A model generated the notes under the pieces. The model was given only the letters and a program-made list of their open reading frames with translations. It did not search any database and was not told the origin of the DNA. The position numbers and the translations under genes are program-made. A stretch of 64,000 nucleotides of DNA from a virus: IMG/VR virus record IMGVR_UViG_3300045996_002966, positions 7,960-71,959 of that record. One strand, given 5' to 3'. How positions within the stretch are numbered: position 1 is the first letter of the stretch; every line of letters starts with the position of its first letter. Positions 1 through 8,761 of this stretch are shown piece after piece.

Positions 1-48
1 GGCGAGCCTTATCTGCTCGGCCCTCAGCTCGTGGAGATGTTGAAATGA
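1..48 (+). CDS. 3' end of an upstream gene (truncated by window edge)
   Basis: Open frame GEPYLLGPQLVEMLK* ends in an ATGA overlap with the ORF at 45. Confidence 0.5.
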   Translation, partial: GEPYLLGPQLVEMLK

Positions 49-905
49 CACCTGACCTCACGACCGTCTGGTTGAACACGTTGCATATGGTAGTCTCCGA
101 AGGCCACCAGGTCTCGCCGCGGGGAAAGCTGACCCTGGAGATTCCGCAGCACACCAGCGTCGTTAACATGCGGCGCCCGGTGCTCACCGCCCCAGCTCGG
201 AAGCTCTCCTACAAATTCATGGCGGCCGAGGCTTATTGGATCCTCTCGGGCGATAACTCCGTGAAGGGAATCGCGCCCTACAACGCGAACATCGCCCAGT
301 TCTCCGACGACGGGGAGACCTTCTTCGGTGCCTATGGGCCGAAGATCCTGGCTCAGCTCGACTACGTGGTAGCGAAGCTGCTCGAGGATCCGACCAGTCG
401 TCAAGCGGGGCTGACCCTCTGGCGGGAGAACCCACCGACGACGAAGGACGTACCCTGCACGGTCGCCATGTTCTTCGCGATTCGCGGGTCGCGGTTGAAC
501 CTCCACGTCTTCATGCGGTCGAACGACGTGTGGCTCGGCATGCCCTACGACGTCTTCAACTTTTCCATGCTGGCCCATCTGGTTGCCGCCAGGATCAACC
601 GCGAGCGGCAGAACGACCAGATCATGGACGGGCAAGTTCCCACGCCAATCAGCGTCGTGCCGGGTAACCTCTACCTGACCGCGGCGAGCTGCCACCTCTA
701 CCGTGAGCACTGGGACGCCGCGGCCGACGTGTTTAGCTCGTCCCTGGGCCTGCAGCCGGCCACGCCGGAGGGACTGTTCCTGAATGAATGGCTGCTGATG
801 GATTGGCTAAAGAAGCTACGCGACGCCGGACCGGAATCCACGATGCGCTGGTGGACGCAACCAGCGATCGAGACCACTACCCCAACCCTGGAGGAGAAGT
901 TATGA
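45..905 (+). CDS. Thymidylate synthase-family pyrimidine C5 (hydroxy)methyltransferase, probably dCMP-specific
   Basis: TS motifs GAYGP, SRQA, DVPCT (catalytic Cys), MRSNDVWLGMPYD and HLYREH. Asp replaces the E. coli Asn177 equivalent. Confidence 0.9.
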   Translation: MTPDLTTVWLNTLHMVVSEGHQVSPRGKLTLEIPQHTSVVNMRRPVLTAPARKLSYKFMAAEAYWILSGDNSVKGIAPYNANIAQFSDDGETFFGAYGPKILAQLDYVVAKLLEDPTSRQAGLTLWRENPPTTKDVPCTVAMFFAIRGSRLNLHVFMRSNDVWLGMPYDVFNFSMLAHLVAARINRERQNDQIMDGQVPTPISVVPGNLYLTAASCHLYREHWDAAADVFSSSLGLQPATPEGLFLNEWLLMDWLKKLRDAGPESTMRWWTQPAIETTTPTLEEKL

Positions 906-1465
906 AACTCGAGGAGCACACCCTCGGTGCCGCGATGGCGGCGATCGAGACCCTGCAAGACCTCGGATTTACCTTCGACAACTCGATCAACCGGCGTTGG
1001 AGCCCGCCGAAGAACCTACCGCCTCACATGAGACCAATCCCGCTGGAGGAGCAGTTTCGCCAGGTGATGATGGCGCTGGGCTTCCCTTCGGCTCAGCACC
1101 TCTCGAGTGGCGACGTGCTGACGGTCGCGGTGGCTGGAATGAAGGTCTTCCAAGAGGCTGACCCTCGCAACCCGCGCACCGGACCATTCGCCAAGGATCT
1201 TGAGCGCCGTTCGGCGGACCAAGTAGCTTTGAACGCGGCGACCCCGCTCAATACGCTGCCGGCCGCGGAGAAGGAAGCGCGAAAGCACGACCAGACCAAG
1301 GTCGGGCTCGAGGCGGAGAAGGAGCTGGTTCGGCAGGTGATCCGCGAGGAGCTGAAGATTTCATTGGACCGCCGGCTTAACTACGATTCATGGGATTGGG
1401 TTGTTTCGCTTTACCTGGTAAATGACGAGGCCTTTGATTCTGACGCGGTGAGGGAAGTGCGATGA
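902..1465 (+). CDS. Hypothetical protein
   Basis: GGAGGAG RBS and ATGA overlaps with both neighbours; start taken at ATG 902. Confidence 0.7.
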   Translation: MKLEEHTLGAAMAAIETLQDLGFTFDNSINRRWSPPKNLPPHMRPIPLEEQFRQVMMALGFPSAQHLSSGDVLTVAVAGMKVFQEADPRNPRTGPFAKDLERRSADQVALNAATPLNTLPAAEKEARKHDQTKVGLEAEKELVRQVIREELKISLDRRLNYDSWDWVVSLYLVNDEAFDSDAVREVR

Positions 1466-1992
1466 CCCGCCCGACCAAAGACCTCTGGGCGATCAACCTC
1501 GCGACGATGACCGCCGAGCGAAGCACCTGCGCGCGGCGCCGCGTGGGCTGCGTGCTGACCAACGTCCGCGGTCACGTGCTCGCTACGGGGTACAACGGGG
1601 TGGCGGCGGGGCTACCTCACTGCAACCAGGAAACGGGCAAGGAGATGAAGCTCCGATACGTGGACGATGCCTCCCATGAGTCGGCGACTTTCTTGGCGCC
1701 GGTCTACGCTCACGCCTGCTCCGGCGCGGCCTCGCCGAGCGGTACGAACCTGGATGCCTGCGAGGCGATCCACGCCGAGCAGAACGCGCTGCTGCAGTGC
1801 CACGACGTCTTCGACATCCATACCTGCTACGTGACCGCCAGCCCCTGCGTGACCTGCACCAAGCTCCTGCTCAACACCGGCTGCCAGCGGATTGTGTTCG
1901 TCGAAGAGTACCCGCAGCCCGAGGCCGGCCGGCTCTGGAAGAAGTCGCACCGCCAATGGCTTCACGTCAGCGAAGTAGGCCACAGTGAGTAG
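1462..1992 (+). CDS. dCMP deaminase family protein
   Basis: RSTC..RRVGCV, TGYNG, HAEQNAL and SPCVTC zinc-deaminase motifs. Confidence 0.93.
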   Translation: MTRPTKDLWAINLATMTAERSTCARRRVGCVLTNVRGHVLATGYNGVAAGLPHCNQETGKEMKLRYVDDASHESATFLAPVYAHACSGAASPSGTNLDACEAIHAEQNALLQCHDVFDIHTCYVTASPCVTCTKLLLNTGCQRIVFVEEYPQPEAGRLWKKSHRQWLHVSEVGHSE

Positions 1993-1993
1993 T

Positions 1994-2046
1994 TGACACT
2001 TGTTGATAAACTAAAGGTTTACAAACTCCTGGAATAGGCCTACTAT
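1994..2046 (+). promoter_or_regulatory. Repeated early promoter unit, copy 1
   Basis: TGACA(1994), ATAAA, GG-TTTACA(2018)-N17-TACTAT(2041). Confidence 0.85.
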
Positions 2047-2070
2047 CTCCTCAACCCCGAGGAGATTGAA

Positions 2071-2250
2071 ATGAGCGCCTTCAAACAAGGATACCAAGCC
2101 CGAAAAGACGCCACCGGCCCGGAGGAGGGTGTAAATCCTTTCGCCGGTCCGAAGCAGGTGTGGCTCTCCCAGCAGTGGATGGCCGGTTGGGAAGCGGCAG
2201 AAGCTGAGCTGAAGCAGGCGGCGGCTGAATACCACGAGGGAGATCGGTGA
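2071..2250 (+). CDS. 59-aa ribosome modulation factor (Rmf)-like protein, not in the ORF track
   Basis: GAGGAG RBS. MSAFKQGYQARKD...NPF...QQWMAGWEAA matches the GYxAG..CPY..WLxGW pattern of Rmf. Confidence 0.6.
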   Translation: MSAFKQGYQARKDATGPEEGVNPFAGPKQVWLSQQWMAGWEAAEAELKQAAAEYHEGDR

Positions 2251-2489
2251 TGGAACCCTTCGTCATCCACGTCCGCCGGGTCACCCTCAAAGCTCATTCC
2301 ATCGACTCCGCCCGTCGGGTGGTGCGGGAGCACATCGAGCTGATGGAGCAGCGGGGCGAGGGTGGCGCGAGCGAGCTAGGCGCTGAGTTCACCGTCAAGC
2401 AAGGGAAGAAAACCATCGGCCATATTAGCTACAACGGTCGCTTCTGGCCGCTGACCCCGAAGATCACAAAGGAGGAAGATGATGATTGA
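2250..2489 (+). CDS. Hypothetical protein
   Basis: Coupled to the previous stop; C-terminal IGHISYNGRFW motif. Confidence 0.7.
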   Translation: MEPFVIHVRRVTLKAHSIDSARRVVREHIELMEQRGEGGASELGAEFTVKQGKKTIGHISYNGRFWPLTPKITKEEDDD

Positions 2490-3027
2490 AGTACAAGTAA
2501 CGCTACCCAGCGAGCGGTGGCAGGTGCTGCTGCGTCGCGTTGACGGCGATACCTTCGTCGAGGACGTGCGCGCCGCGATCCTGAAGGCGGTGGAGGAAGC
2601 CGAGCGCGAGGCAGCGGTAGTCGCCGAAGCCCTTCGCCAAAGCGAGGAGCGAAGCGAGCGGTACAAGCGTTACCGTGAATACCGCCACGAGCGGCTGCTG
2701 CAGAGCCCGGTCGTCAACGGGTTCCGCGCGACGGTTACGGCTCCTTCCGAGTTGGAGGCTCGCCGGGTTGTCACCCTCTACCACGATCAGCAAGACCTCA
2801 GCCGCCCGGCCTATTACGTCTACCTCTCAGAGAAGCAAGGGTACACCCGCATCGAGCAGGTGGTGAAGCACCGGCGTGGCTTTAGCCGGCGAGAAGTTTC
2901 CGGCTGGACCGGGAACGCAGCCACAAGCGCGCGGTTTAATCGGCTGGTGGCGACGGCGACGCGGCTGGCAGAACTTAGCACCCCCGTCCTACCTCTTGAG
3001 GAATGGCACCATGAAGATCAGAGTTGA
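2479..3027 (+). CDS. Hypothetical protein
   Basis: AGGAGG RBS; overlaps neighbours in an operon. Confidence 0.7.
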   Translation: MMIEVQVTLPSERWQVLLRRVDGDTFVEDVRAAILKAVEEAEREAAVVAEALRQSEERSERYKRYREYRHERLLQSPVVNGFRATVTAPSELEARRVVTLYHDQQDLSRPAYYVYLSEKQGYTRIEQVVKHRRGFSRREVSGWTGNAATSARFNRLVATATRLAELSTPVLPLEEWHHEDQS

Positions 3028-3310
3028 TAATGAAAAGCTCGTCGCTCATCGCGCGAAAGAAGAACGCCGGGCGCGGTGCCTAGCGCTGCAAAGTCAGCTG
3101 TCCGAGCTGGTAGGCAGCGTGCTCTACAAGGAGAACGGTGAGCGAACCGACGTGCCCCTCGATCTTATCACGGTAGAGCTGCACGTTAGCGAGGTAGCTC
3201 TGCTACGGGAGTTCGATGTGATCACCTACGGCGATAGCAAGATCAAGATTTACGGCGACAGCCCGATATTGGTGACCTTTACCACCGTACGCGACGACGA
3301 TGGCAAGTAA
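3011..3310 (+). CDS. Hypothetical protein
   Basis: GAGGA RBS before ATG 3011 (MKIRVD...). Confidence 0.65.
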   Translation: MKIRVDNEKLVAHRAKEERRARCLALQSQLSELVGSVLYKENGERTDVPLDLITVELHVSEVALLREFDVITYGDSKIKIYGDSPILVTFTTVRDDDGK

Positions 3311-3360
3311 CCCGAACCGGTGCCATAATGCTGATTCAGGTGCATAAGGAGGTACCTGAC

Positions 3361-3876
3361 ATGAACACTAAGTACCCATCGGACTACGGGTTGTCGCCCG
3401 CTGAGGCCCACGCCTGCAAGGAGACGCAGCACCAGCGGGAGCTGCAAGAAGCTATTTACCGGGCAGGGGCGCAGCGCCAGCGGGAAGCTCACGCCCGCGA
3501 GGAGGAGCAGCACCGGCGGGAGCTGCAAGAAGCTATTCACCTGGCAAGGGCGCAGCGTCAGCAGCAGGAGCACTACCGGCAGCTCCTGGCCGTCGGCCCG
3601 CCGTCCTCCGGCGGTGGCTGCGGAGGCCCGACCTCTGGGTTGAATCCTTACGAGCAGCCGATTACCAAGCCCGAATTGGCCCATCGAGTCCGACACAACC
3701 CGACGGGCGGCACGTACGACGTGCTGGGGCCCAACGGCGAGTACCGGAAGGCCTACCATCACAAAGACGAAGCAGAGGCGATTGCCGCCTTCTGGTCGGG
3801 CGACTTCCTGCACGCGGAGGAATACCGGCGCCGAGTCCTTTGCCGAGAGGGCCACCTGAAGCCGGAAGATTTGTGA
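3361..3876 (+). CDS. Hypothetical protein with an internal 27-aa duplication
   Basis: AAGGAGG RBS; QH(Q/R)RELQEAI..A.AQRQ repeated with an 81-nt period (3426 and 3507). Confidence 0.7.
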   Translation: MNTKYPSDYGLSPAEAHACKETQHQRELQEAIYRAGAQRQREAHAREEEQHRRELQEAIHLARAQRQQQEHYRQLLAVGPPSSGGGCGGPTSGLNPYEQPITKPELAHRVRHNPTGGTYDVLGPNGEYRKAYHHKDEAEAIAAFWSGDFLHAEEYRRRVLCREGHLKPEDL

Positions 3877-3905
3877 GTTTGACGTTCAAACAGGGAAAGG
3901 AGATT

Positions 3906-4109
3906 ATGATGCTAACTCTAGAACTAGGTTCGGAGCAGGTGAGGGTCGAGACCATCGTCGAGGCCCGCGAGGCGGCGATTATCTTCTTGGCAGAAGAAGC
4001 CGAGCGCGGGGCTGATCCAACGACGCTGGCTGAAATCCAGTTTCGGCTTTTCAACCGCGAGCGGCTCCTCGGGCTGGTCGTGGGTGGTTACTTCTACCAG
4101 GCTCACTAG
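3906..4109 (+). CDS. Hypothetical protein
   Basis: AAGGAG RBS before ATG 3906. Confidence 0.65.
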   Translation: MMLTLELGSEQVRVETIVEAREAAIIFLAEEAERGADPTTLAEIQFRLFNRERLLGLVVGGYFYQAH

Positions 4110-4110
4110 C

Positions 4111-4425
4111 GTGGATATCCCCGTCAAGAGTCCGCTTAAATCAAAGACCGTCTGGCTCAACATCGCTGCGGTCTTCGCGATCTTCTATCTACCGGAAGAC
4201 CAACTACGCGAGTGGGTGGCCCTGCTGCCGATCCTCGGTGACACCGATGACCCCAAGGAACTGGTGGCGATCCTGACGGCGCTCGCCAATCTCTGGCTGC
4301 GGTCGCAGTATACCAACCAGCCGGTGACCGTGACCGCCGCGCTGCGCCCCGTGGACCCCGGTACTACGGTTACCCGTGATACCGGCGTCTATCTTGTGCA
4401 GAAGCGCACGCGTGACAATCCTTAA
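4111..4425 (+). CDS. Small membrane protein, holin-like (KSKTVWLN motif); start uncertain
   Basis: Two hydrophobic segments; GTG just after the upstream stop. Confidence 0.5.
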   Translation: MDIPVKSPLKSKTVWLNIAAVFAIFYLPEDQLREWVALLPILGDTDDPKELVAILTALANLWLRSQYTNQPVTVTAALRPVDPGTTVTRDTGVYLVQKRTRDNP

Positions 4426-4465
4426 TAAAATAGTCGTTTACAAGCTCGCTGTGGCGTGATCTAAT
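4413..4465 (+). promoter_or_regulatory. Repeated early promoter unit, copy 2
   Basis: TGACA(4413), ATAAAA, TTTACA(4437)-N17-TCTAAT(4460). Confidence 0.85.
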
Positions 4466-4493
4466 GGGCTCTCATCAACGGGAGCCAAGGATC

Positions 4494-4805
4494 ATGAATA
4501 AGTCACAAGAACGGGCAATCAACGCGATCCGCCGCCACATAGAAGATAGCCTCAACACCAATCCAGACTACGGTGATGAGATTACCAGGTGGGAAGTAAC
4601 GACGACAAGCTATGGCTGCCTCTGGGTGACTGCTGAAAACGAGATGACAAAGCTCCCCGAGACCAACTTGCTCCGAATCATAGATCGCCAATATTGGCTG
4701 TTCGCGATTGGTAAGCGCGGAGCTATCACGATGAAAATGGGACCGAACAGCTACAAGCAATTCAACGGCCGCAAGGCCTTCGGTTTTCACGTCGATACCA
4801 AATGA
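4494..4805 (+). CDS. Hypothetical early protein
   Basis: First gene after promoter copy 2; GGAG/AAGGA RBS. Confidence 0.75.
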   Translation: MNKSQERAINAIRRHIEDSLNTNPDYGDEITRWEVTTTSYGCLWVTAENEMTKLPETNLLRIIDRQYWLFAIGKRGAITMKMGPNSYKQFNGRKAFGFHVDTK

Positions 4806-4816
4806 GAGGAAAAACC

Positions 4817-5203
4817 ATGAACCCCAACGACGATCGCATCTACTGCCTGCTCCCACCGAGTACGGTGCGCATGGTGCGAACCCTTAACCCCGACGGGCCG
4901 ACTGCCCTGCCCCTGCGCCTCGGGCGCATTCTCGCGGTGCCGGGGCTCGAGCAGGAGCGCGAAGACGAAATATCTGTCTTCTTTAAGCCTCGTGCGCGGG
5001 CCTGGAGCGAGAAACAGCTGCCTCGATACGTTACGATAGGCGAGGATCTTCGGACGGTTTATAGCTGGCCCCTCGAGTGGCTCTACTGCCGGGAGTTCGC
5101 CTTCGGGCGCTTCGTGCGACGGGTCGGGCGGATCGCGGATCACCAGTTGATTTTCGATGGACACTACTTCCTTAGCCACTTGGGTATTCGCGCCGAAATC
5201 TAA
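4817..5203 (+). CDS. Hypothetical protein
   Basis: GAGGA RBS before ATG 4817. Confidence 0.65.
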   Translation: MNPNDDRIYCLLPPSTVRMVRTLNPDGPTALPLRLGRILAVPGLEQEREDEISVFFKPRARAWSEKQLPRYVTIGEDLRTVYSWPLEWLYCREFAFGRFVRRVGRIADHQLIFDGHYFLSHLGIRAEI

Positions 5204-5288
5204 GGACGCCTCCGATAGGGTCATCGTGGCCCTACGGGAGGCGCCCCGTGCCTCAACCCCAACCCCTAAACCCCCCAAGGAGAATGTG

Positions 5289-5696
5289 ATGCTTGACAAA
5301 GCTAGAATTTCAGCGATCGGCAACGACCTGCGGGATGCGCTCAAGGCTGTCGCAGAGAAGCACAACCTCAACCTGACCAAGAGTAACATCTCGTTCGCCA
5401 CCGACTTCTTCAACCTGTCCTGCACCTTCGGTGACAAGGATGAGCTGGGCGACGCCAACCCGCTTTATCGCGTGACCATGCAGCGCAAGGGCCACGAGTT
5501 CGGGCTCTCGATCGAGGACATCGGCAAGAAGTTCATGACCCGGCAAGGTGAGGTCGAGATCATCGGCATGCGCGGCTCCCACGTCATCGGGAAGCAGGAG
5601 AACGGTCGGCTCTACAAGTACGACCCGGTTACGGTTGCCGGCCTGCTGGGCCAGAAGCCGACGGCGCTGCGCCTCGCAGTGGGAGGGCGGTCATGA
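5289..5696 (+). CDS. Hypothetical protein
   Basis: CCCCAAGGAG RBS; strongly GC3-biased codons. Confidence 0.75.
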   Translation: MLDKARISAIGNDLRDALKAVAEKHNLNLTKSNISFATDFFNLSCTFGDKDELGDANPLYRVTMQRKGHEFGLSIEDIGKKFMTRQGEVEIIGMRGSHVIGKQENGRLYKYDPVTVAGLLGQKPTALRLAVGGRS

Positions 5697-6127
5697 CATC
5701 GCTTATCACGCTACTCAAGGAGGCCGCCGCGACCTACCTCAAGCAGCTGACCGAGGAGCCCGACCACGACGAAGCTTTGAACTGGGCGTCGTCCTTCCTA
5801 CTCGCGGCGCTAGCCCTGAAAAAGCGTGGTCACGACACGGAGGAGATGCTGCTTGCCCGCGGGCTGATCTTCGAAAAGTACGGCCATGACCTTCTCCTGC
5901 ATCTTATCTCATCGCCGAGCGAGTTGGAGGCTGAGGGCGCGAAGATAATCACGCAGACCCTGCTCACCGTTCATTGGACGTTGACGTCGCCGATCGACGA
6001 CGCCGACAAGGTAACTCACCTGCGGGAGGAGTTATTCCCGCCGGGCCGACTTGAGCAGGTACTTCACATGGCCGACCTGTTCGGGTTTAAAAACCCAGCG
6101 AAAGTCAACTCTAATTTTCTGCACTAG
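5693..6127 (+). CDS. Hypothetical protein
   Basis: GGAGG RBS; ATGA overlap. Confidence 0.7.
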   Translation: MTSLITLLKEAAATYLKQLTEEPDHDEALNWASSFLLAALALKKRGHDTEEMLLARGLIFEKYGHDLLLHLISSPSELEAEGAKIITQTLLTVHWTLTSPIDDADKVTHLREELFPPGRLEQVLHMADLFGFKNPAKVNSNFLH

Positions 6128-6140
6128 GGACTGAGAACAA

Positions 6141-6488
6141 ATGAATGAGCCCATCCTCGCTACCTTCGCCCACCCATGGATAGGGCAGCTGAATCTGGTG
6201 CTGAGCACCTACCAGCTGGAGGTCGGCGCCGAGCGCCGGCGCATTCCCTATCTGTGGGTCGGGCGCGAGGATGGCGAGACGATAGCCACCTTGACCGTAA
6301 TCCTCAAGGAGGTAAAGCCCTACGCCGCGCTGCCGCCAAACCACACCTGGGTGGTGCTGCGACCGGCGCTTACCGGGCTACGCGACCTCCTGCTCGACAC
6401 CGGCGTCGTGCGCGATACCGGTGTGATCTATGGACCTCATCACCCTCCCGCCGAGCTGTGGGAGTATCAACTACCACCACCATCCTAA
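6141..6488 (+). CDS. Hypothetical protein
   Basis: Fits operon spacing. Confidence 0.65.
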   Translation: MNEPILATFAHPWIGQLNLVLSTYQLEVGAERRRIPYLWVGREDGETIATLTVILKEVKPYAALPPNHTWVVLRPALTGLRDLLLDTGVVRDTGVIYGPHHPPAELWEYQLPPPS

Positions 6489-6505
6489 GGACCGGAGTAA
6501 TCATC

Positions 6506-7357
6506 ATGAAACCCCTCGCCCTAGCCCTCTGCCTTACGCTCGCCGCTTGCGGCAGCGCAGGAGAGTCACCCGGCTCGGCGGCGACCTCACCCGCAACCGC
6601 CGCAGCTCCAACCCCAGCCCCCGTCGCGGCAGCACCATCGCCCGCCGCGCCTTCTCCGACCCCGCTATCTACGACGGCGCCCGTGGATCCGACGCCGGCC
6701 GACCCGAGCACGCCTGCTCCAGGTACCGTTGCCGGCCCCGTGGTCTACGCCGCCATGCTCCAGCGCTGGGAGCCTACCCCGGCGCCCCACCCCTCGATGG
6801 CCCGCCTAACCGAGGCGCCTGGGACGCAGGCCTACTACTTCCAGCAGGACGGCCTCGAGCCGTTGAACACCCACACCGCGCCCGGCCTGTTCGTCATGAG
6901 CCAGGGCTGGCAGAACCAGAACGAGCCCGGCTCGTCGCCGACGGACCTGGCGGGGGTCAGCTTCGCCGTCCCGGTGGTTACCGCGCCCGGTCGGCTTGAG
7001 CTCTACTTCGAAGGTCGGGTTACGGTTTGGAGTCCGCACAACGCGAACAACAACCTCCCGATCGTGCTTGAGGAGCGGCTCATGTATCACCAATCAGGCC
7101 TGCGATTCTCCGATACGCCCGGCGTGCTCTACCCGCTGGATCAGCTCCTGGGCCGGTGGGCCGATAGCCCCGATCGACGGATCGACCTGCGCCTGGAGCG
7201 CGATCCAAGCCCTCGGGCCTTCCAGCTCTGCTGGGAGGCGATCCTGCAGACCGCGCGCCGGTCGATGTGTGGTCGCTTCGATCGCGAGACAGGTGCGCAC
7301 CTCGGGGTGCGGATCGTCGACGACTCCTATGGGCTTGGCCCGAAGGTTTGGGAGTAA
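6506..7357 (+). CDS. Lipoprotein with Pro/Ala/Thr linker and globular C-terminal domain
   Basis: MKPLALALCLTLAAC lipobox; GGAG RBS. Confidence 0.8.
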   Translation: MKPLALALCLTLAACGSAGESPGSAATSPATAAAPTPAPVAAAPSPAAPSPTPLSTTAPVDPTPADPSTPAPGTVAGPVVYAAMLQRWEPTPAPHPSMARLTEAPGTQAYYFQQDGLEPLNTHTAPGLFVMSQGWQNQNEPGSSPTDLAGVSFAVPVVTAPGRLELYFEGRVTVWSPHNANNNLPIVLEERLMYHQSGLRFSDTPGVLYPLDQLLGRWADSPDRRIDLRLERDPSPRAFQLCWEAILQTARRSMCGRFDRETGAHLGVRIVDDSYGLGPKVWE

Positions 7358-7373
7358 TAGCCTAAACTGGTTA

Positions 7374-7402
7374 TTTACAGATTCGGTTTCGCCTGTTATC
7401 CT
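7374..7402 (+). promoter_or_regulatory. Sigma70-type promoter (reduced version of the repeated unit)
   Basis: TTTACA-N17-TATCCT, followed by CCCCCAAGGAGG RBS. Confidence 0.6.
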
Positions 7403-7429
7403 TGGAATACCCCCAAGGAGGTATGACCG

Positions 7430-7609
7430 ATGAAACCGAACGACGAACCAGAGCAACACTACTATCAAGTCAAAATGCAGCAAGAAGATGAAATGCTACC
7501 GATCGTCGCGTGGCTGTGGGGCGCGATCATCATGTTTGTGGTCTTCTCGTTTCTGTGGGAGACCGCGGTGAAGCCTCTGCTTGCGCATCTCGGAATCCAC
7601 ATCGACTAG
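7430..7609 (+). CDS. 59-aa membrane protein, not in the ORF track
   Basis: AAGGAGG RBS; MKPNDEPEQH...LPIVAWLWGAIIMFVVFSFLWE transmembrane segment. Confidence 0.65.
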   Translation: MKPNDEPEQHYYQVKMQQEDEMLPIVAWLWGAIIMFVVFSFLWETAVKPLLAHLGIHID

Positions 7610-7763
7610 AAGGAGTCGAGGCCACGACGAGGTGCCGCACGCAAACGCAGCCCTCGTCGTGGCGGAAATCTCCCATCCCCTGCCGATAGCCGCGCTTCCG
7701 AAGGCTCTGCGCGGTTGCGAGGTTGGTAATCATCGCGTAGGCGCAGCGCCGGCAGTCCATCAT
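7530..7763 (-). CDS. Possible small Cys-containing protein
   Basis: ATGA-coupled to 7760..8128; CxxC near the N-terminus; overlaps the convergent gene. Confidence 0.35.
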   Translation of the reverse strand: MMDCRRCAYAMITNLATAQSLRKRGYRQGMGDFRHDEGCVCVRHLVVASTPSSRCGFRDAQAEASPRSPTETRRPQT

Positions 7764-8128
7764 GCCACCCTGCGAACTTCGATGTTCGCCTCTTGAGCTA
7801 CCGTCCTGAATCGGAAGTCACTGATGTGGTGCATGATCGCTACCGCGGCGCGTACCTTCTGGATCTGGCGGCGTCGCTGCTGCTTATCGACTACGGTAGC
7901 GATTGGAAAGCTGCGAACCTCCTCGAGCGTGAAATCCTTCAGGCCAAACCCGACCAACCTGTTTGCGTACTTCTTGTTTTGAAGCTTAGGCCGGGGAAGA
8001 ATCACAGCCATCTGCTGCTTAGTGTTGTTGGTGTAGACCCCGATGCGATAGCGTGCTTCCCAGTACGCTGTGACGGCAATCTTCGTGGCTTCGGGGTGCG
8101 GATCAAACGGATTCCAGGTCAGACTCAT
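7760..8128 (-). CDS. Basic hypothetical protein, opposite strand to its neighbours
   Basis: AAGGAGGG RBS before ATG 8128. Confidence 0.7.
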   Translation of the reverse strand: MSLTWNPFDPHPEATKIAVTAYWEARYRIGVYTNNTKQQMAVILPRPKLQNKKYANRLVGFGLKDFTLEEVRSFPIATVVDKQQRRRQIQKVRAAVAIMHHISDFRFRTVAQEANIEVRRVA

Positions 8129-8239
8129 AACCGATCCCTCCTTGAAATTTCAGGATTACATTCGGCCGACCTGGGCTATAATTTAGATTAGCTGCTAGCT
8201 ACGGCAGCCTATTCCCTACACCACGGCAAGGAGTTTTGA

Positions 8240-8341
8240 ATGGACACACGAAGAAGGTGGGCTGAGTTGTGGAAGGACTGGGCACCGGCGATCGTCGGGG
8301 TGGCGGCAATTGCGCTCCTGATCGTCTACCGGTTGTGGTAA
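8240..8341 (+). CDS. 33-aa single-TM peptide, not in the ORF track
   Basis: AAGGAG RBS; MDTRRRWAELWKDWAPAIVGVAAIALLIVYRLW; TATAAT at 8177. Confidence 0.6.
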   Translation: MDTRRRWAELWKDWAPAIVGVAAIALLIVYRLW

Positions 8342-8380
8342 AAAGAAAACCGCCGACACCTTACGATGCCGGCGGTCTTC
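8341..8380. terminator. Intrinsic terminator-like hairpin (U-tract on the - strand)
   Basis: AAAAGAAA-ACCGCCGACA-loop-TGCCGGCGGT. Confidence 0.55.
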
Positions 8381-8491
8381 ACCCCAAGCCCCAACCGATC
8401 ACAGGAGAGAACGGCGGAAACAGATCCCTATTCTAACCTAACCCCGCGAAGCTTGTAAACAGTGGGAAATTCCAACCGCGAGACCCCCTGA

Positions 8492-8761
8492 ATGATGATA
8501 GCGTACGAACTGCACAGACCCCGGCCGGAAGACCAGGACCGAGACACCCGCCACGAGGTTATCCTTATGGCGATCAACGAAATCGATACCATGCGGCTGC
8601 TGGCAATCATATCGATCTTCCAGCAGGGCGTGCTAGACCAGTGGCTGGACCAGGCCATCGCTAAACTTGCTACCGAGGAGTTGCCTAATGCCTTCGAAGA
8701 CGCCGCCCGCCAAAACCCCACAAAAGACCAAAGAGCAACGGAAGGACGAGCTGAGGACTAA
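8492..8761 (+). CDS. Hypothetical protein
   Basis: ORF only; weak RBS. Confidence 0.5.
   Translation: MMIAYELHRPRPEDQDRDTRHEVILMAINEIDTMRLLAIISIFQQGVLDQWLDQAIAKLATEELPNAFEDAARQNPTKDQRATEGRAED

Noticed and set aside
3426-3562. 81-nt-period duplication as a regulatory repeat
   Set aside because: It is an in-frame coding duplication within one ORF.
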